A DNA stretch of 64,000 nt from Eledone cirrhosa. Taxonomy: Eukaryota. Numbering within the stretch: position 1 is the stretch's first letter; every line of letters begins with the position of its first letter. This document shows, one piece after another, positions 15,473-29,505 of this stretch. The position numbers and the translations under genes are program-made. The stretch covers positions 315,456,001 to 315,520,000 of the forward strand of contig OZ024742.1 of NCBI GenBank assembly GCA_964016885.1, read 5' to 3'. The notes beneath the pieces are model-generated. The model made no database searches. It saw only the letters and a list, made by a program, of their open reading frames with translations, and was not told where the DNA came from.

Positions 15473-17339
15473 GTTGTTCTTCTAGCATTTATCAGGTAAT
15501 AGCTAATCAAGATGAGGTAGAAGATACTGAACTATCAAAAATATTTCATGAATTCACACTGCAAATAGTTTGTTCTAATTTTAGTAAAAAATAAAAATCT
15601 TTTAATACTAAACAATCTAAAACTGCCTCTGGTGCTATGATACAAAACTGCTTGTTTTAAAGTGCGTGTGATTATCAAAAAATTGTTCCATCATAAATTC
15701 ATGTAAGAACATTTTAATGTTATGTTCCAAACACCATCTTAATGTAAAAATTAGTTATATTACTAAATTCCCACAAATCTTGATTATTTTCAAAATTATT
15801 TGAAAAGAGTTAAAATACTCACAATGAGCCTGAGTAAATGTTTGTATATGTGTTCCCATAAACCTATAAATCATTCTGAGTTTTATGAAATAAGGTACCA
15901 CTGAAGTAATGAGTTCAATTGACTTGGCTATATACATCCCTTACACTTGAGGCCTTTTATTTAGAAATCTATACTACTGTTACTATGACACCATAAATTC
16001 TTTACTATTTTGAAAATTATTTGGAAATCATAGTATATTTCTACTAAAACAAGGTTAACTCAACTTTTCCAAGCAATGTATTACCTTCCATCTGCTTAAT
16101 GCAACAGAATTTAGAGTTGAGAGCTTGCTGTATTAGGTCTTTTGGTTCATAACAGGTCTAGTAATTAGGTTATGGATGCAGTATGGTAGAAAGGTTAAGA
16201 GGTTTACTTCACAATTACATGATCCTAAGTTCGATTCTACTATATCACATCTTCGGGAAGATTTTTACCATAACCTCACATGTTATGCTAATCCTGTCTG
16301 GGGATTATGTTAAAAGTACACATTTCTATGGAATACTCAACCATTTATAAGCTAATTCAATGAGCAAGTAGTTCAGTTGATCAGATAACTGAAATAATCA
16401 TAATTGAAACCAACAGAGATCTATTTACTTAGTAATATGTGTATGAAAGATATACAACTATAGTACTGGTGTATAAAGTGTACTAAGTACACTGTTAAGT
16501 TTTTGGCATTAGAAAAGGCATCCGATCACAGAAAGCATGTCAAACAAAGGGGTTAGAGGACTCTTCAGTTGTGTCAAGGACACAGCAACTTCTCTGGTGC
16601 CAGTACTATGATACAAAATGGTTGGTATTAGGTAGAGTATCCCACAGTAGAATCCATACCAAAAGGGAAGATATCTGAGTCAGGTATTGTTCTCTAACTT
16701 GTCTAGGACAGTAGTTCTGATTAAATACTGACACGGTATGTAACAACCCATTCTAGTATGGAAACATTGATATAAAATGATAATGAGCTTGATGGTGTGT
16801 GTGTGTGCATGTACATACAATTCATAATTTATATCTTAAAATAATTGAAGGTGCATGTTGTTGTTGTCGGGTTTTTTAAAGGGGAGGGGTGCAAACTACA
16901 AAATTTAAAAAAAAACAAAAAACAAATAAAAAAGAAAAAAGAAAAAAGAAAAAAGAAAAAGAAAACAAATTCAAAACAAAATAAAATAAAATAAAATAAA
17001 ATAAAATCATTCAAAAATAGATATTTTTTTGTTGCTTTTTTTTTTCTTTCAATTTTTTATTTAATAATTTGAACACTTGACAGAATATGAACTGACAACT
17101 CATGAAATAGAAAAAGAAAAGAATAACTGATGTCTTAGCAACTCAGCTTTGGCAACAATTGTTATATTATACCCAGTCTAATTAATTAGTTTGGTTTAGT
17201 TGTCACATATTGCGCACACACACACACACACTCACACTCACATATACACTCACGCAAACATACACACACACAGGTGCTGCAACCTCATATCTAAATTCAT
17301 TTTTTTTTTCTGTCCCTAAATTATTTTTTACTTCAACAG

Positions 17340-17429
17340 AACAGGCAGAGGGGACTCGGCTGGTTACTGAACCCAATAGTTAGACGTATTACTAAAATAG
17401 GGAAAAAATTTACGACTCTAGTTACATGA
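17340..17429 (+). CDS. Candidate terminal exon of the plus-strand gene
   Basis: Strong polypyrimidine acceptor (ttattttttacttcaacag). Phase 0 reads NRQRGLGWLLNPIVRRITKIGKKFTTLVT*; phase 1 reads EQAEGTRLVTEPNS*. Purine-rich UTR-like sequence follows. Confidence 0.3.
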   Translation, partial: NRQRGLGWLLNPIVRRITKIGKKFTTLVT

Positions 17430-20400
17430 AGTAATTGAAAAAAGAAGCAGAAGGAGGGGGGAGTAGAGAAAGAAAAGTGAATAAGTAAGACTGTAAATGG
17501 AGCGGGGCTGGAGATAGAAAAGACAAGAAGAAAAACAAGAAAAAGAGAAAAAAGAAGAGTAGAAAGAGAAAGAAAAAGTCAAAAAGAAAAAGAAATGTAA
17601 ATTTGAAAAAAAAATATAATTTTTACATAGGCTCATAGCCCAGAAATCGAGGGATGTTGAATAGTTGATAAAATCGACCCCAGTACTTGTTAACTGGTAC
17701 GTATATTGTCTTGACACCACCCCCTGAAAGATGAAAGGCAAAGATAACCGTAGTAGAAATTTGAACTCAGAATATAAAGAGACAGAACAAATGCTACAAA
17801 GCATTCTGCCATTCTGCCATCTTTGCCAATCAAATCTGTACAAAAAGGTGAAACAATTTTTATTAAAAATGTAAATTAAGAGTCACAAAAAAAAAAAAAG
17901 TTGAAGTTGATGAGACCGTCATTAGAATGTTAAGACTAGGGTACCATTTGCAGACAAATATTCTTTAAACCTTTTGGTACCAAACCATCCCTAGATCTAT
18001 ATATAACACTGTTTGTTTTAAAGAGTTTATATTCATCTAAAATCCTTCTATCATAATTTTATATAAGAACATTTGTTACATTATGCTGCAAACACCAGAT
18101 ATGGATAAGTTGCATTACTAAATTCCTCCAAATTCTTGATTATTAACACAATGACTTGAAAATCATAGGTAATGTCATTCATTAAAAATATGGTAACCAA
18201 AGGGCTAAATATACATTTAGTTTCACACCAAACCACAAAGATATAGTTATCAAAAAGCCCCAAAAGACTTTTCAAATGACATCAAAATATTGTAAAGTAA
18301 ATAATATCATTATCATCATCATCAAGACAGCATAAGTGAGACGAAATCTGAGACAGCAGAGAACTGGACTAATTAGTAACTTCTTCCTTGGTTCCAGTTT
18401 AAAAACAACCCCTCTGCCAGAGGCAATATGTACTGTAATCACATGACACCTTTTGCCCACCATATCCATAGCATCATTCATGCATAAAAGCTGATTCTTT
18501 CAATGATTAGTCACTATTTCAGGTCATGTATTCTATTTAAGCCTTTTGTGTAAACTAATCAATCATACCTAACTTCTTTCTATTCAACGTTTTAGGCCCC
18601 CTTTGGTCATGGTGACCATGAGTTTTGCACCTGGAAAATTCCTCAACAATGTGCAAGCCTGGGTAAAGTGTTTTGTGGAAGACCAGTAGTCACCCATGCA
18701 TGCATATCTCCTCTCCGCATGACCAATGTTGTCCAAGGGAAGGCAAAGGCCAAAACAGTTTGGTACCAGTGATATAACAAGTGAACTCAGACTGCAAATG
18801 CCTGCTTCAACAATTCAAACTATATATTACCATGCACTGATACTTTATTTATTACCTTGAAAGAAAGGATGAAAGACAAAGTTAACCTTGATGGAATCTG
18901 GTTTCAGAGTGTAGAAATCAGGAACAAATACTGCAAAGCATTTCAATCCAATGTTCAAACAACTTGCTGTCATTTTTCATTCAATACATTTACTATAGAG
19001 CATTATATTCTTTATACATGCTTCCTCACTGCCTTTTGCATATAAAGAGAAACTCTTTATTGCCAACAGAGAAAATAACTCACTGAATGTCATCCATCCT
19101 TTCATATATGAACTCCTATACTTTCAATAAAACAACTTCAAGTATTAAATAAGTCACCTAGTTTACAATTATTTGTAAACTTGGGGGAGGTGGGGGGGGG
19201 GGGGGGGGGGGGGGGGGCACCTCATTGATTATATTCTATGAGTGCTTCTATTGCTAACTATCTATGTACATATAGTGTACCTGCAATCCTAGTTCTCTAC
19301 CAGACTGCACCAGATTTCATTGCACCTTTAGTACATCCATGGGTTACACCGAGTGCAGAGTAACATGTTTATATGTATATACACATTCTCTCTCTCTCTC
19401 AATGTGTGTGTTTGTATATATACAATATATATACACACACATGCAAGTATATCTATATACACAGACATACATACAACCAAACAAATATATATACATACAT
19501 ATATATGTATACACATGCTCATATTAATATACTTATATAAACATATTATTTCTGCTGATTGTCAAATAAAAGCCATTAACCACACATTGGCCATCACACC
19601 AACATATCAAAGAAACATTAACATGATATGATGAAAATAGTTGAGGTAGTGGGGCATATCATGATGATGATGGTAATGAAACTATCTTGCTTAGGTCAGT
19701 TATCAAGCATCTTAATCCCCGAGACAGCGTCTTTTTATACTTCAAACCCCAACAGTGTTCAAATAAAAGAGATTATATACCTAAATAAGAAATATGTTAG
19801 AACTAAAGGAAAAACATGTGTCAACTGTTCCTATATAAGGTTAACAGTGTAAAATGTTTACATTAGTAAGGAAAAAACATTAATGAGTATCTTGAACAAG
19901 AAATATTATAAGTTGATATCAAAACACCTGAAACCACCCTAGGTTCTGTGATATATTGCTGTTTATTTTATTTGCATTTATCTGAAGATCTTCCATCATA
20001 ACTTTATGTTAGAAACTTTGTTAAGTTATGCTCCAACCACCAGATGAATAATATGAAAGTTAATTTCATTACTAAATTCCTCAAAATTTGTAATTTTCAA
20101 AATTATTTGAAAATTGTAGGTAGTATATTTCATTAGAAATATACTAATGACAGTATTAATGAGATAACACATTATACTTATTGTGATTTTATTATGATGT
20201 TCATTTCTGTCATTTATATAAAAGTGACTTCATGAAGAACACAACCTATAAGATGAAAGCAGTACCTGCAGACATTTCATTGGTTGTTGAAATTTGGCAA
20301 GTAACAAAATGACACACTACATAAAATATAGACATCACAATCATCACAAGCCAGATCTTTCAGATCATTTAAAATCTGCCTCAGGGATTTACACCTGGAA

Positions 20401-21129
20401 AATTCCTTTCCAATGCACAAACCTGTGCAAGATGTAATGCGGAATATCAGTATTCATCCTTGCATGTCAGGGATTGACTGAAAGTATTGGCACCAGAAGG
20501 GGCATCTAGTCATAAAACATTGACTCAAAAAGGACTCATGATAAGTTTAAAGCATACGTTTGTGCCTGCATGGTTAACCTGTTTTAACAGAGGAAAATAG
20601 CCTTAAAATGCTTGCTGTATACTTTGCATACCCAACTGTAAATATTAAATTGTTATATGAATTACTACAAACAGATTCTTGTCCTATTTTCTCTCTCTAC
20701 AAAAAAAGATAAGACAAAATGAGGAAAGGTTCAAGAAAATCCTTCATGGAGATGAGATGATGTGATAACACATGCAGTGTTCCAACATCTGAATAACTGA
20801 CCATTACATTAAACTGAACTAGTCTGTTAGTATTTAATATACAAATTATTTTATAAGATGTCTGCTTTTAGTACCATCAAGTTTCACATTCTAATCAGGT
20901 CCTCCAGTAAAGGCAACTTCTTAGGAAAAACATATTCGAAAAGTTTACTGCGATTGTACAAGGTTTCACTGTATATGCATTATGAATTTTACATATCTAT
21001 ATCCATTTGTTTGTACCAATAGAGTATTATATGCCAAGCATCCTTAAATAATCATTGATATCAAATCTTTAACTTTATATGAGATGATGATGGTAGATTA
21101 GCTGAAACTGGAACCTTAGCCCAAATGTG

Positions 21130-22250
<1,121 letters not shown>

Positions 22251-22261
22251 ATTTATTTTAT

Positions 22262-22465
22262 TATAGAAATGACTTCTACATGACTAGAGCTGTTTTATTT
22301 GTAAAAATTCATCAGGAAAGACTTTCCTGATGATTTCTGATGAATGAAACACTTCTAACTCTGTAGAAGTCATTTCTATAATAAAATGAATATGCCTATA
22401 CTCTATTAACGTATTGAGTACCTTTTTTAACAGTGATTGCTTCCCGATTTACATCGGGATTCTAT
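22262..22465. mobile_element. Fold-back Penelope-like remnant with paired inverted hammerhead motifs
   Basis: Inverted arms centred near 22320. The + arm reads gactttc-CTGATGA-tttctgatgaat-GAAA-cacttctaactctg-TA-gaagtc. Tail carries tattgagtacc; flanked by (TA)n. Confidence 0.65.
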
Positions 22466-22486
22466 ATATATATATAAAATCCTTAA

Positions 22487-22744
22487 CCCTTTCGATATCA
22501 ATCTGCCTGAGGCTGTCTCTGGCTCCATGATACAAATCAGTTTATTTTAAAGCCATTTTATTTAACTAAAAACTTTCCCTTAAGATTTTATGTTAGAGCC
22601 TTTATTAAGATAAGTCTCCAAACACCAAATTAATAATGAGAAAGCTAGTTATATTACTAAATACCTCCAAATTCTTGGTTATTTTCAAAATTGCTTGATT
22701 TTCATAGGCAGTGTATTTCATTATAAATATAGTAACGAAAATAT
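22487..22744 (+). mobile_element. TTAA MITE family 2 (older)
   Basis: TTAA|CCCTTTCGATATC terminus; related bodies near 17968, 19910, 26085-26316, 37665, 62200-62557 and 63330-63452. Confidence 0.65.
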
Positions 22745-23293
22745 TAATCCAATGTCTTAATCATTTAGATTGATATAACAAAAGACAAGATGTTTGATTC
22801 AAATGATAATAAAATAATAATGATGTTGAAGATGATAATAGTTTCTGAAATTTGCAGGTAAATATATCCTTCATTTTCCTCTTAAAAAATTAAAGTTATG
22901 AGTGTCTTGAACAGGTAAACAACAAAATGCTATTCATGCACCACCATGTCAAATTATTTGTTATACACATGGCCATTCTATCTAATAAAAACAGTAGTAG
23001 TAGTAGTAGTAACAGTAATAATAATAATGATTTTTAGTATAGGCACAAGGCCAGTAATTTGGCGGAGGGGAAAGTCGATTAGATCAACACCAGTGCATTA
23101 CTGGTGCTTTATTTTATCGATCTCATAAGGATAAAAGATAAAGTTAACCTCAGCGGGACTTGAACTCAGACCATAAAGGGCTGGCCATAACTCTATGCTG
23201 TAAAGCATGTTGTCCGACACTCTACCAATACTGCCAATCTACTGCTATATAATAATGATAATCCTTTTTTCTTCTGATATTAATTTTTTAGCT

Positions 23294-23345
<52 letters not shown>

Positions 23346-24999
23346 TTAATGATTTTTTACATAGACAAACCATAAAGATGATGATCAATATGAATTAAAA
23401 ACACCAGGTCTGATCATAATGATAAACGTGTGGTGATATTGTAATAATAAATATCTACAATGATAATGGCTTCTATTTGCCAAGATGGAAGGTAATTTGT
23501 TTGTAAGGGGAAGAAATGGAAGAGAATTTGTTATAGTCAATTAAATTAAACTCAGTATAATCAGTATATTATTGGTGCTCATTCATAAATTTATAAACAT
23601 CTCAATGAATCAACAGTGAAGTCGACAGGGAGCATGATATAAATATTTGAACACTACTATATTGTGTGTAAAGCAGCTAATCCAGCACTTTACTGCCACA
23701 TCAATTCCATCAACCAAATGATAATAATGATCAATAATAATCAATAATAATAATTGTTTCTACTTTTGGCACAAGGCAATTACCCCAGTACATTACTGGT
23801 GCTTTATTTTATCGATCCCGTAAGGATGAAAGGCAAAGTTAACCTCGGTGGGATTTTGAACTCAGAGCGTAAAGAGCCATAACTCTATGCTGCAAAGCAT
23901 GGTGTCTGACGCTCTACCGATACTGCTAATCCAATAATAATAATAATAAATGATTTCTCATATAATAATGATAACATTATCAGTTGTTAATATTACATAT
24001 ACTTTAACTCGTTTACAAGTTTTGGTCATTTGACCGAGACCATGCTGGTGCAAAAGACAGGTGTGTAGTAGAAATGTTAGAGTGCCAGACTAAATGCTTT
24101 GATCTATTTAGCTACATCTATTTACATGCTAAAATACCCTTATGGTTGCTGGAGTTTTTCATTCTGATTTGATCTAGAAAATACAATAACCTCTAAAGGA
24201 CTGTGGTCAATTTATACCATCTATACTCCATTCTTTGTCAAAGTTAGAAGTTAACATTTTAAATATTAATGTTGATAATAAGGATTTCTACTTAAAGGGA
24301 AAGGCCAGTTTTGGGGGGATTTTTTTAGGGGGTGTTCTTTACTGGTACTTTATTTTATCGACTCTAGAATGATGAAAAGCAAAGTTGACTATGGTAGTGT
24401 TTGAACTCAGAACATAAAGTGTCAGAAGAAATACCTTTAAACCATTTTGTTCATTGCTTTACCGATTCAACCATCGATAATAATAATGGTTTCAGATTTA
24501 GGCATGAGGCCAACAATTTGGGGGAAGGGCAAAGTTGATTAAATCAACCCCAATATTTGACTGCTACTTAATTTTATTGACCACAGAAGGAAAACCTAGC
24601 ATTAAAATTTAAAAAACTTAACTTAAAGTCAGAATAAGATAATTAGTTACTCATACACTAGTTTTAATATCATAAATTAGAAAGTAAATTATATGCAGAC
24701 CCTAGATAGGGAAACCAGAGAAATACTTAGAGATGAGAGCAAGTAGATGGGATTTGTATAAAATGAATCATCATTATCATCGTCTTCAATGCTTGATGTC
24801 TATTTTCTATGCTTCCCTGGGTTAGATGAGTTGTCAAGTATCGAGGCTTGACTGGTCAGGTGTCCACATCTTGCTTATATGTTCTATTTTGGGCTTGTTT
24901 TCTGTAACTGGATGCCCTTCTAAATTCCAACCATTTTACAGTATATACTAGGAGCATTTTATCATGATCCCAACACTACCACTTTACATATGAAAATCA

Positions 25000-25560
25000 A
25001 AACAAACTTTCCTCTAAGTATAAAGAAACAATAAAGTACAAACTAAGGAGAAATATTAAATAAGAACAAAACAACAGTAAAGGTAAAAATAAAAAAAGAT
25101 AGAATCATAGTGGAACTCCAGAAAGTTCTAATGAAAAATAAATTGAGAAAAACATCTCTATGGGAAATATTCTGCAAGATTTGAAACGAAACGAACTAAG
25201 CCTAAATTGAAACCCATTTGAGCTGGAAGCAGAAATAGAAATTCTGGTTTGAGATGAAAAGGGATCAATGCCTAGCCTTAAAAACCTATGATAAATGATA
25301 AAACAAGGGACTGATATATTAACTACAGACTAAACAATCAACATAAAACAACTGACCACATCGTTATTGGCTGCTCACTTCTCACAAAGACAGAATATAT
25401 CCACAGACATGACTGGGTAGGTAGCTGTATCCACTGAACATTATGTTGATACTTCCACATAAAAACTGAAAATAGATGGTATAAGCACTCACCAAATTCT
25501 CTGTGTGACACAGAGCTGCACAGTGAAAATACAGAATAAGACTACTGCAATAAAAACAAT
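25000..25560 (+). mobile_element. R4/Dong-like (REL-endonuclease) non-LTR retrotransposon remnant
   Basis: TDHIVIGCSLLTKTEYIHRHDWVGSCIH*TLC*...RWYKHSP, i.e. zinc knuckle plus RHD motif, with stops. Confidence 0.75.
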
Positions 25561-27099
25561 GATAACATTTCTAACTTTGGAATATGAGATGAAATGTGTT
25601 GAGAATTTGGTATAGTTGACGGAATTGACCTCAATATATAGCTGGTATATATTTTATTGGCTCAAGAGGAATGAAAATCAAAGCCCACCCTGTCAGAATC
25701 TGACCTCAGGTCATAAATGAGTATAACTAAATACTGCAAGACATCTAATCAGGCACTTTATCTTTTCTGCCACACTGCCACATTTAATAATAATTTAATT
25801 ATGATGATGATAATGATGACAACAACAACAACAAGGACAATGACAATATAGTGACAAGGACAATGATATTATCATTGAGAATAAAAGGGATATCATGAAA
25901 TAAAGAGTAGGGCACAAAGGCTCTCTTCCAGAAATTTTCTGAACATAATATCACATACACAAAAACAATATCAGTAATTTATAGAACTTCAAGACAAGGA
26001 GACAGTTACAGAGAAACACCTCAACTATGGTCAAGTCATGTTGGAGACTAACATAAACAAGAGGTAAATTCTTTCTCCCTTTTTTAACCATTTCATGATT
26101 GTATTTTTAATGAAATACACTCTATCTCAATTAATTTATGAAGAATTTTGAGAGATTTACTAAAATTATTAATTATTTCATTATAAAGATTAAAAACATA
26201 AAATATGGTTATATAAAATCATGTTGGAAGATTTTTTAATTCAAATAAGAACTCTTTAAATGAGTGTTTTGTTTTCTAAAAACAGAGCCAGTTGTAGCAG
26301 GTTGATATCAAAAGAGTTAATTTATAAGCATTTTGGGGGTAGGGAGCATGATGATGTGTGGCATGGGATCAGTATGGGTTATCTGCTGAATTATTGAAGT
26401 CACTTAAAATGGATATAATAGAAATAGCTAGGAAAAAATTGCTGTGAGTTGTTGTAGCTAATAAGTGTGACATTGACTTAGAGTTAAAAATAAAAATAGA
26501 ATTTGTTAGATTTTCAAAGCAGTTAAGGTCACAGAATAAAATGAGAGCTAAGTGAGACTAAATTAAGAATTTTTTTCAAAGATAACATCACGGCATCATG
26601 ATGATATTGAAAAAGGGTACATCAACAGCATTTTTATATTTTTTATTATTGAAGGATGTAAGTTAGTGTCAGTGGACTTGATCTGCACTGGCTTTCATTA
26701 CCAATTATGGAGTCTTGCAAAAGAGACACAGCATCTATAAAAAATGAAGTGTCTGTATGAAAGTCAGTTGAAGGCACTTGGCTTAGTGGTTAGAGTGTTG
26801 GGTTCACAATCATGAGGTTGTGAGTTTGATTCCTGGACCAAACAGCACATTGTATCTTTGAGTAAGACACTTTATTTCATATTGCTCCAGAGGGGAGACT
26901 GCCATACATGGACCACTGCTCGTCTTCTACAAAAAACACCTTGCCAGTCTTGTGCCTTGAAGGGGAACTTTCTAGGGGCAAAACCCATGGTCCTCTGGAA
27001 CCGAAGAAGGTCTTTACCCTTTTATGAAAGTCAGATTTCCAATATAATGTGTCATATGAATTCTATTTGAGCATGCAGGACTTGTTGATTCCAATCTAA

Positions 27100-27700
27100 G
27101 TTACAGTGAGAATATTGCTAGGTGTGTAGGGACTCAATTGCGAAAGGATGCCGACAAGGGAAATAGGGTTGAAAATATGAGGCCCATATCTCTGGTGAAC
27201 TACAAATCAATGATTTTGAGCTTGCAAAACAGTTATTGATTGCTCTCAGACACAAATTCCTGTAGTACCAGACACGGCTATTCAAGACATCTACCCTAGG
27301 TAAGCGATTGTGGATAGAGTTCGGTGAAGATATGGCTTTGGTGGGACTCATTAATTTAGACCAGTCAAAATTCTTTGACAAAATTGACCATTGGTACATG
27401 GAAGCAGTCCTGGAGGAAGCCAGAATTGCCTTCACTGTAGGTGTTATACTGCTACTTTGAACAATAGCATTTTTTTGGTGGTCAGAGAAAGCAACAAGCT
27501 TTGTGGGGATCAATTTGGTATCACATGATCAGTTTATTGTGAAAGTTAGATAACTTGAAAGGACATTTTGGTTGTGTGAGTTGTTAGGAATCCATTTACA
27601 CAGACAATGTGACAAGCATGTTATCTGATATCACTAGAGAAATAGATAAGTGATGGAGAGGTGTAAAGAACATCTATCCATTTTAGGTCACATTAACTGC
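27100..27700 (+). mobile_element. Tx1/L1-like reverse transcriptase remnant
   Basis: RPISLVNYK and LINLDQSKFFDKIDHWYMEAVL. Confidence 0.7.
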
Positions 27701-28460
27701 AACCCAGTTAAGTCCAGTCCATTTGATGAGTGAGAGTGGCTGGTAAGGGTGGGAAACTCTACACTTCAGTTTCACTTATGGGTTGCTGTATCAGGGACAA
27801 TATACTAGCCATAAATGGCAGGTGGCTGGTGATTTCGCGGTGCACTGAGTGACTATACCACTTTTCAGCTATTATTTTTTTACTATTTCATTTATTATTT
27901 CTATAACAGCATACACTATTTTGTTTTGGGTTCCATCTATGAAATGTTCTATTTCATGGGGTCATTATTTACATATAGGATGGCTATCTTTCTACATATA
28001 ATATTTGATAATATTACAACTATTATTATTATTACCTTTAGTAATATCATCATCAAAAACAACAGCATCATCATCATTATCATCATCAAAATTTAAACTA
28101 GCATTTAAAAAAGAAAAAAACATAATGTAAAATGAATCTCAGTTACATCAAATATCTGCATGCATTGAAGTGCACCTTACCACAAGTTTAGCTAAAGCAA
28201 TTTGTGCAACACTGCAAATGAAAACAGTATGTGAGCTTCCAATATATGCTGTGATATGCAATAAATTAATGATTGTACCTGCTATATATCATTCATGCTC
28301 TCACAGAGAATATAATATATATACACACACATATATGTGTATATGTACATATGTACACATATGTACACATATATATGTAATGTATATAATGTGTATATAT
28401 ATATATGTATATATATATATATACATATATATATTATATACATTACATATATATATATAC

Positions 28461-28491
<31 letters not shown>

Positions 28492-28516
28492 CACATTATA
28501 TACATTACATATATAC

Positions 28517-28579
<63 letters not shown>

Positions 28580-28687
28580 CGTATATACATACATATATAT
28601 ATATACACACACATATACTTATAACTCTATATACAGAAATATACATATGTGTATATACACAATAAACTATAATATTTATATATAAAA

Positions 28688-28900
28688 CATAGAAATGACT
28701 CCTACATGACTAGAACAGTTCCATTTATATGAAATCATTGAATCACTGACATCATAGAAATTTCAAATATATAAAACTGTTCTAATGCTGTAGAAATCAT
28801 TTTTATATTAAATAACTTATGTGCCTTCTCTATTTATTGTATTGAGTACTTTATTTAAACATGATCTTTTTCCATTCCATTTAGGAAAACTATTCTTAAT
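28688..28900. mobile_element. Degenerate copy of the same fold-back element
   Basis: atagaaatgactcctacatgactagaacag ... ctgttctaatgctgtagaaatcattttt, followed by tattgagtact; next to (TA)n. Confidence 0.55.
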
Positions 28901-29367
28901 CATATATGTGTGTGTTTGTGCATATATATGTGTTTAGATCACTAACTATATATATGAAGTAGCAAAGTACCATCTGCCACCCCTTTGTAAAGCTCTATGT
29001 GTTTATGTATCTGTAGTTATGTTTGATTCGTGTCAGCAACTTTACTATTGTACAGTGTGTCCTCATCATCACGAAGAATAGTAACAGCAGCAACATCAAC
29101 ACTGCCACCTTATATTATTAGTGAATTATAACATTTGGCAATCACCACCACCACCCACCCACAACAACTACACCAGCACCACAACTACCATTACTAGTAT
29201 CTCATCACTCATCGACATCATAATTATTATTATTATTATCATCATCATCGTCATCGTCATCATCATCATCATTATCATTATTATCACCATTTTCATCTTC
29301 ATCATCTTCACTAATTCTATGAAAATGTTGGTAGGGAGACAGGAATTAAGACGCTAATGTCTTATGT

Positions 29368-29505
29368 TTATATCCTTGTCTCCTGTGGATTACCAACTGT
29401 GAAATTTGGGTTTTCTATCGTCCTATTACGACTTTCTTCCTCTTCAGCTTTCTGAAACTTATTTGGACCCCATCCAGAAGTGTGTTTCAGCAGTTCTTTT
29501 ACTCT
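29368..29505 (-). CDS. SLC6 terminal coding exon 14 (C-terminus)
   Basis: ttcag|[48 protein letters not shown]; WGP motif typical of the SLC6 C-tail. Confidence 0.88.
   Translation of the reverse strand, partial: RVKELLKHTSGWGPNKFQKAEEEESRNRTIENPNFTVGNPQETRI

Noticed and set aside
19183-19217. Poly-G run (also 38449-38466) as a functional G-quadruplex
   Set aside because: Simple homopolymers of uncertain length with no contextual support
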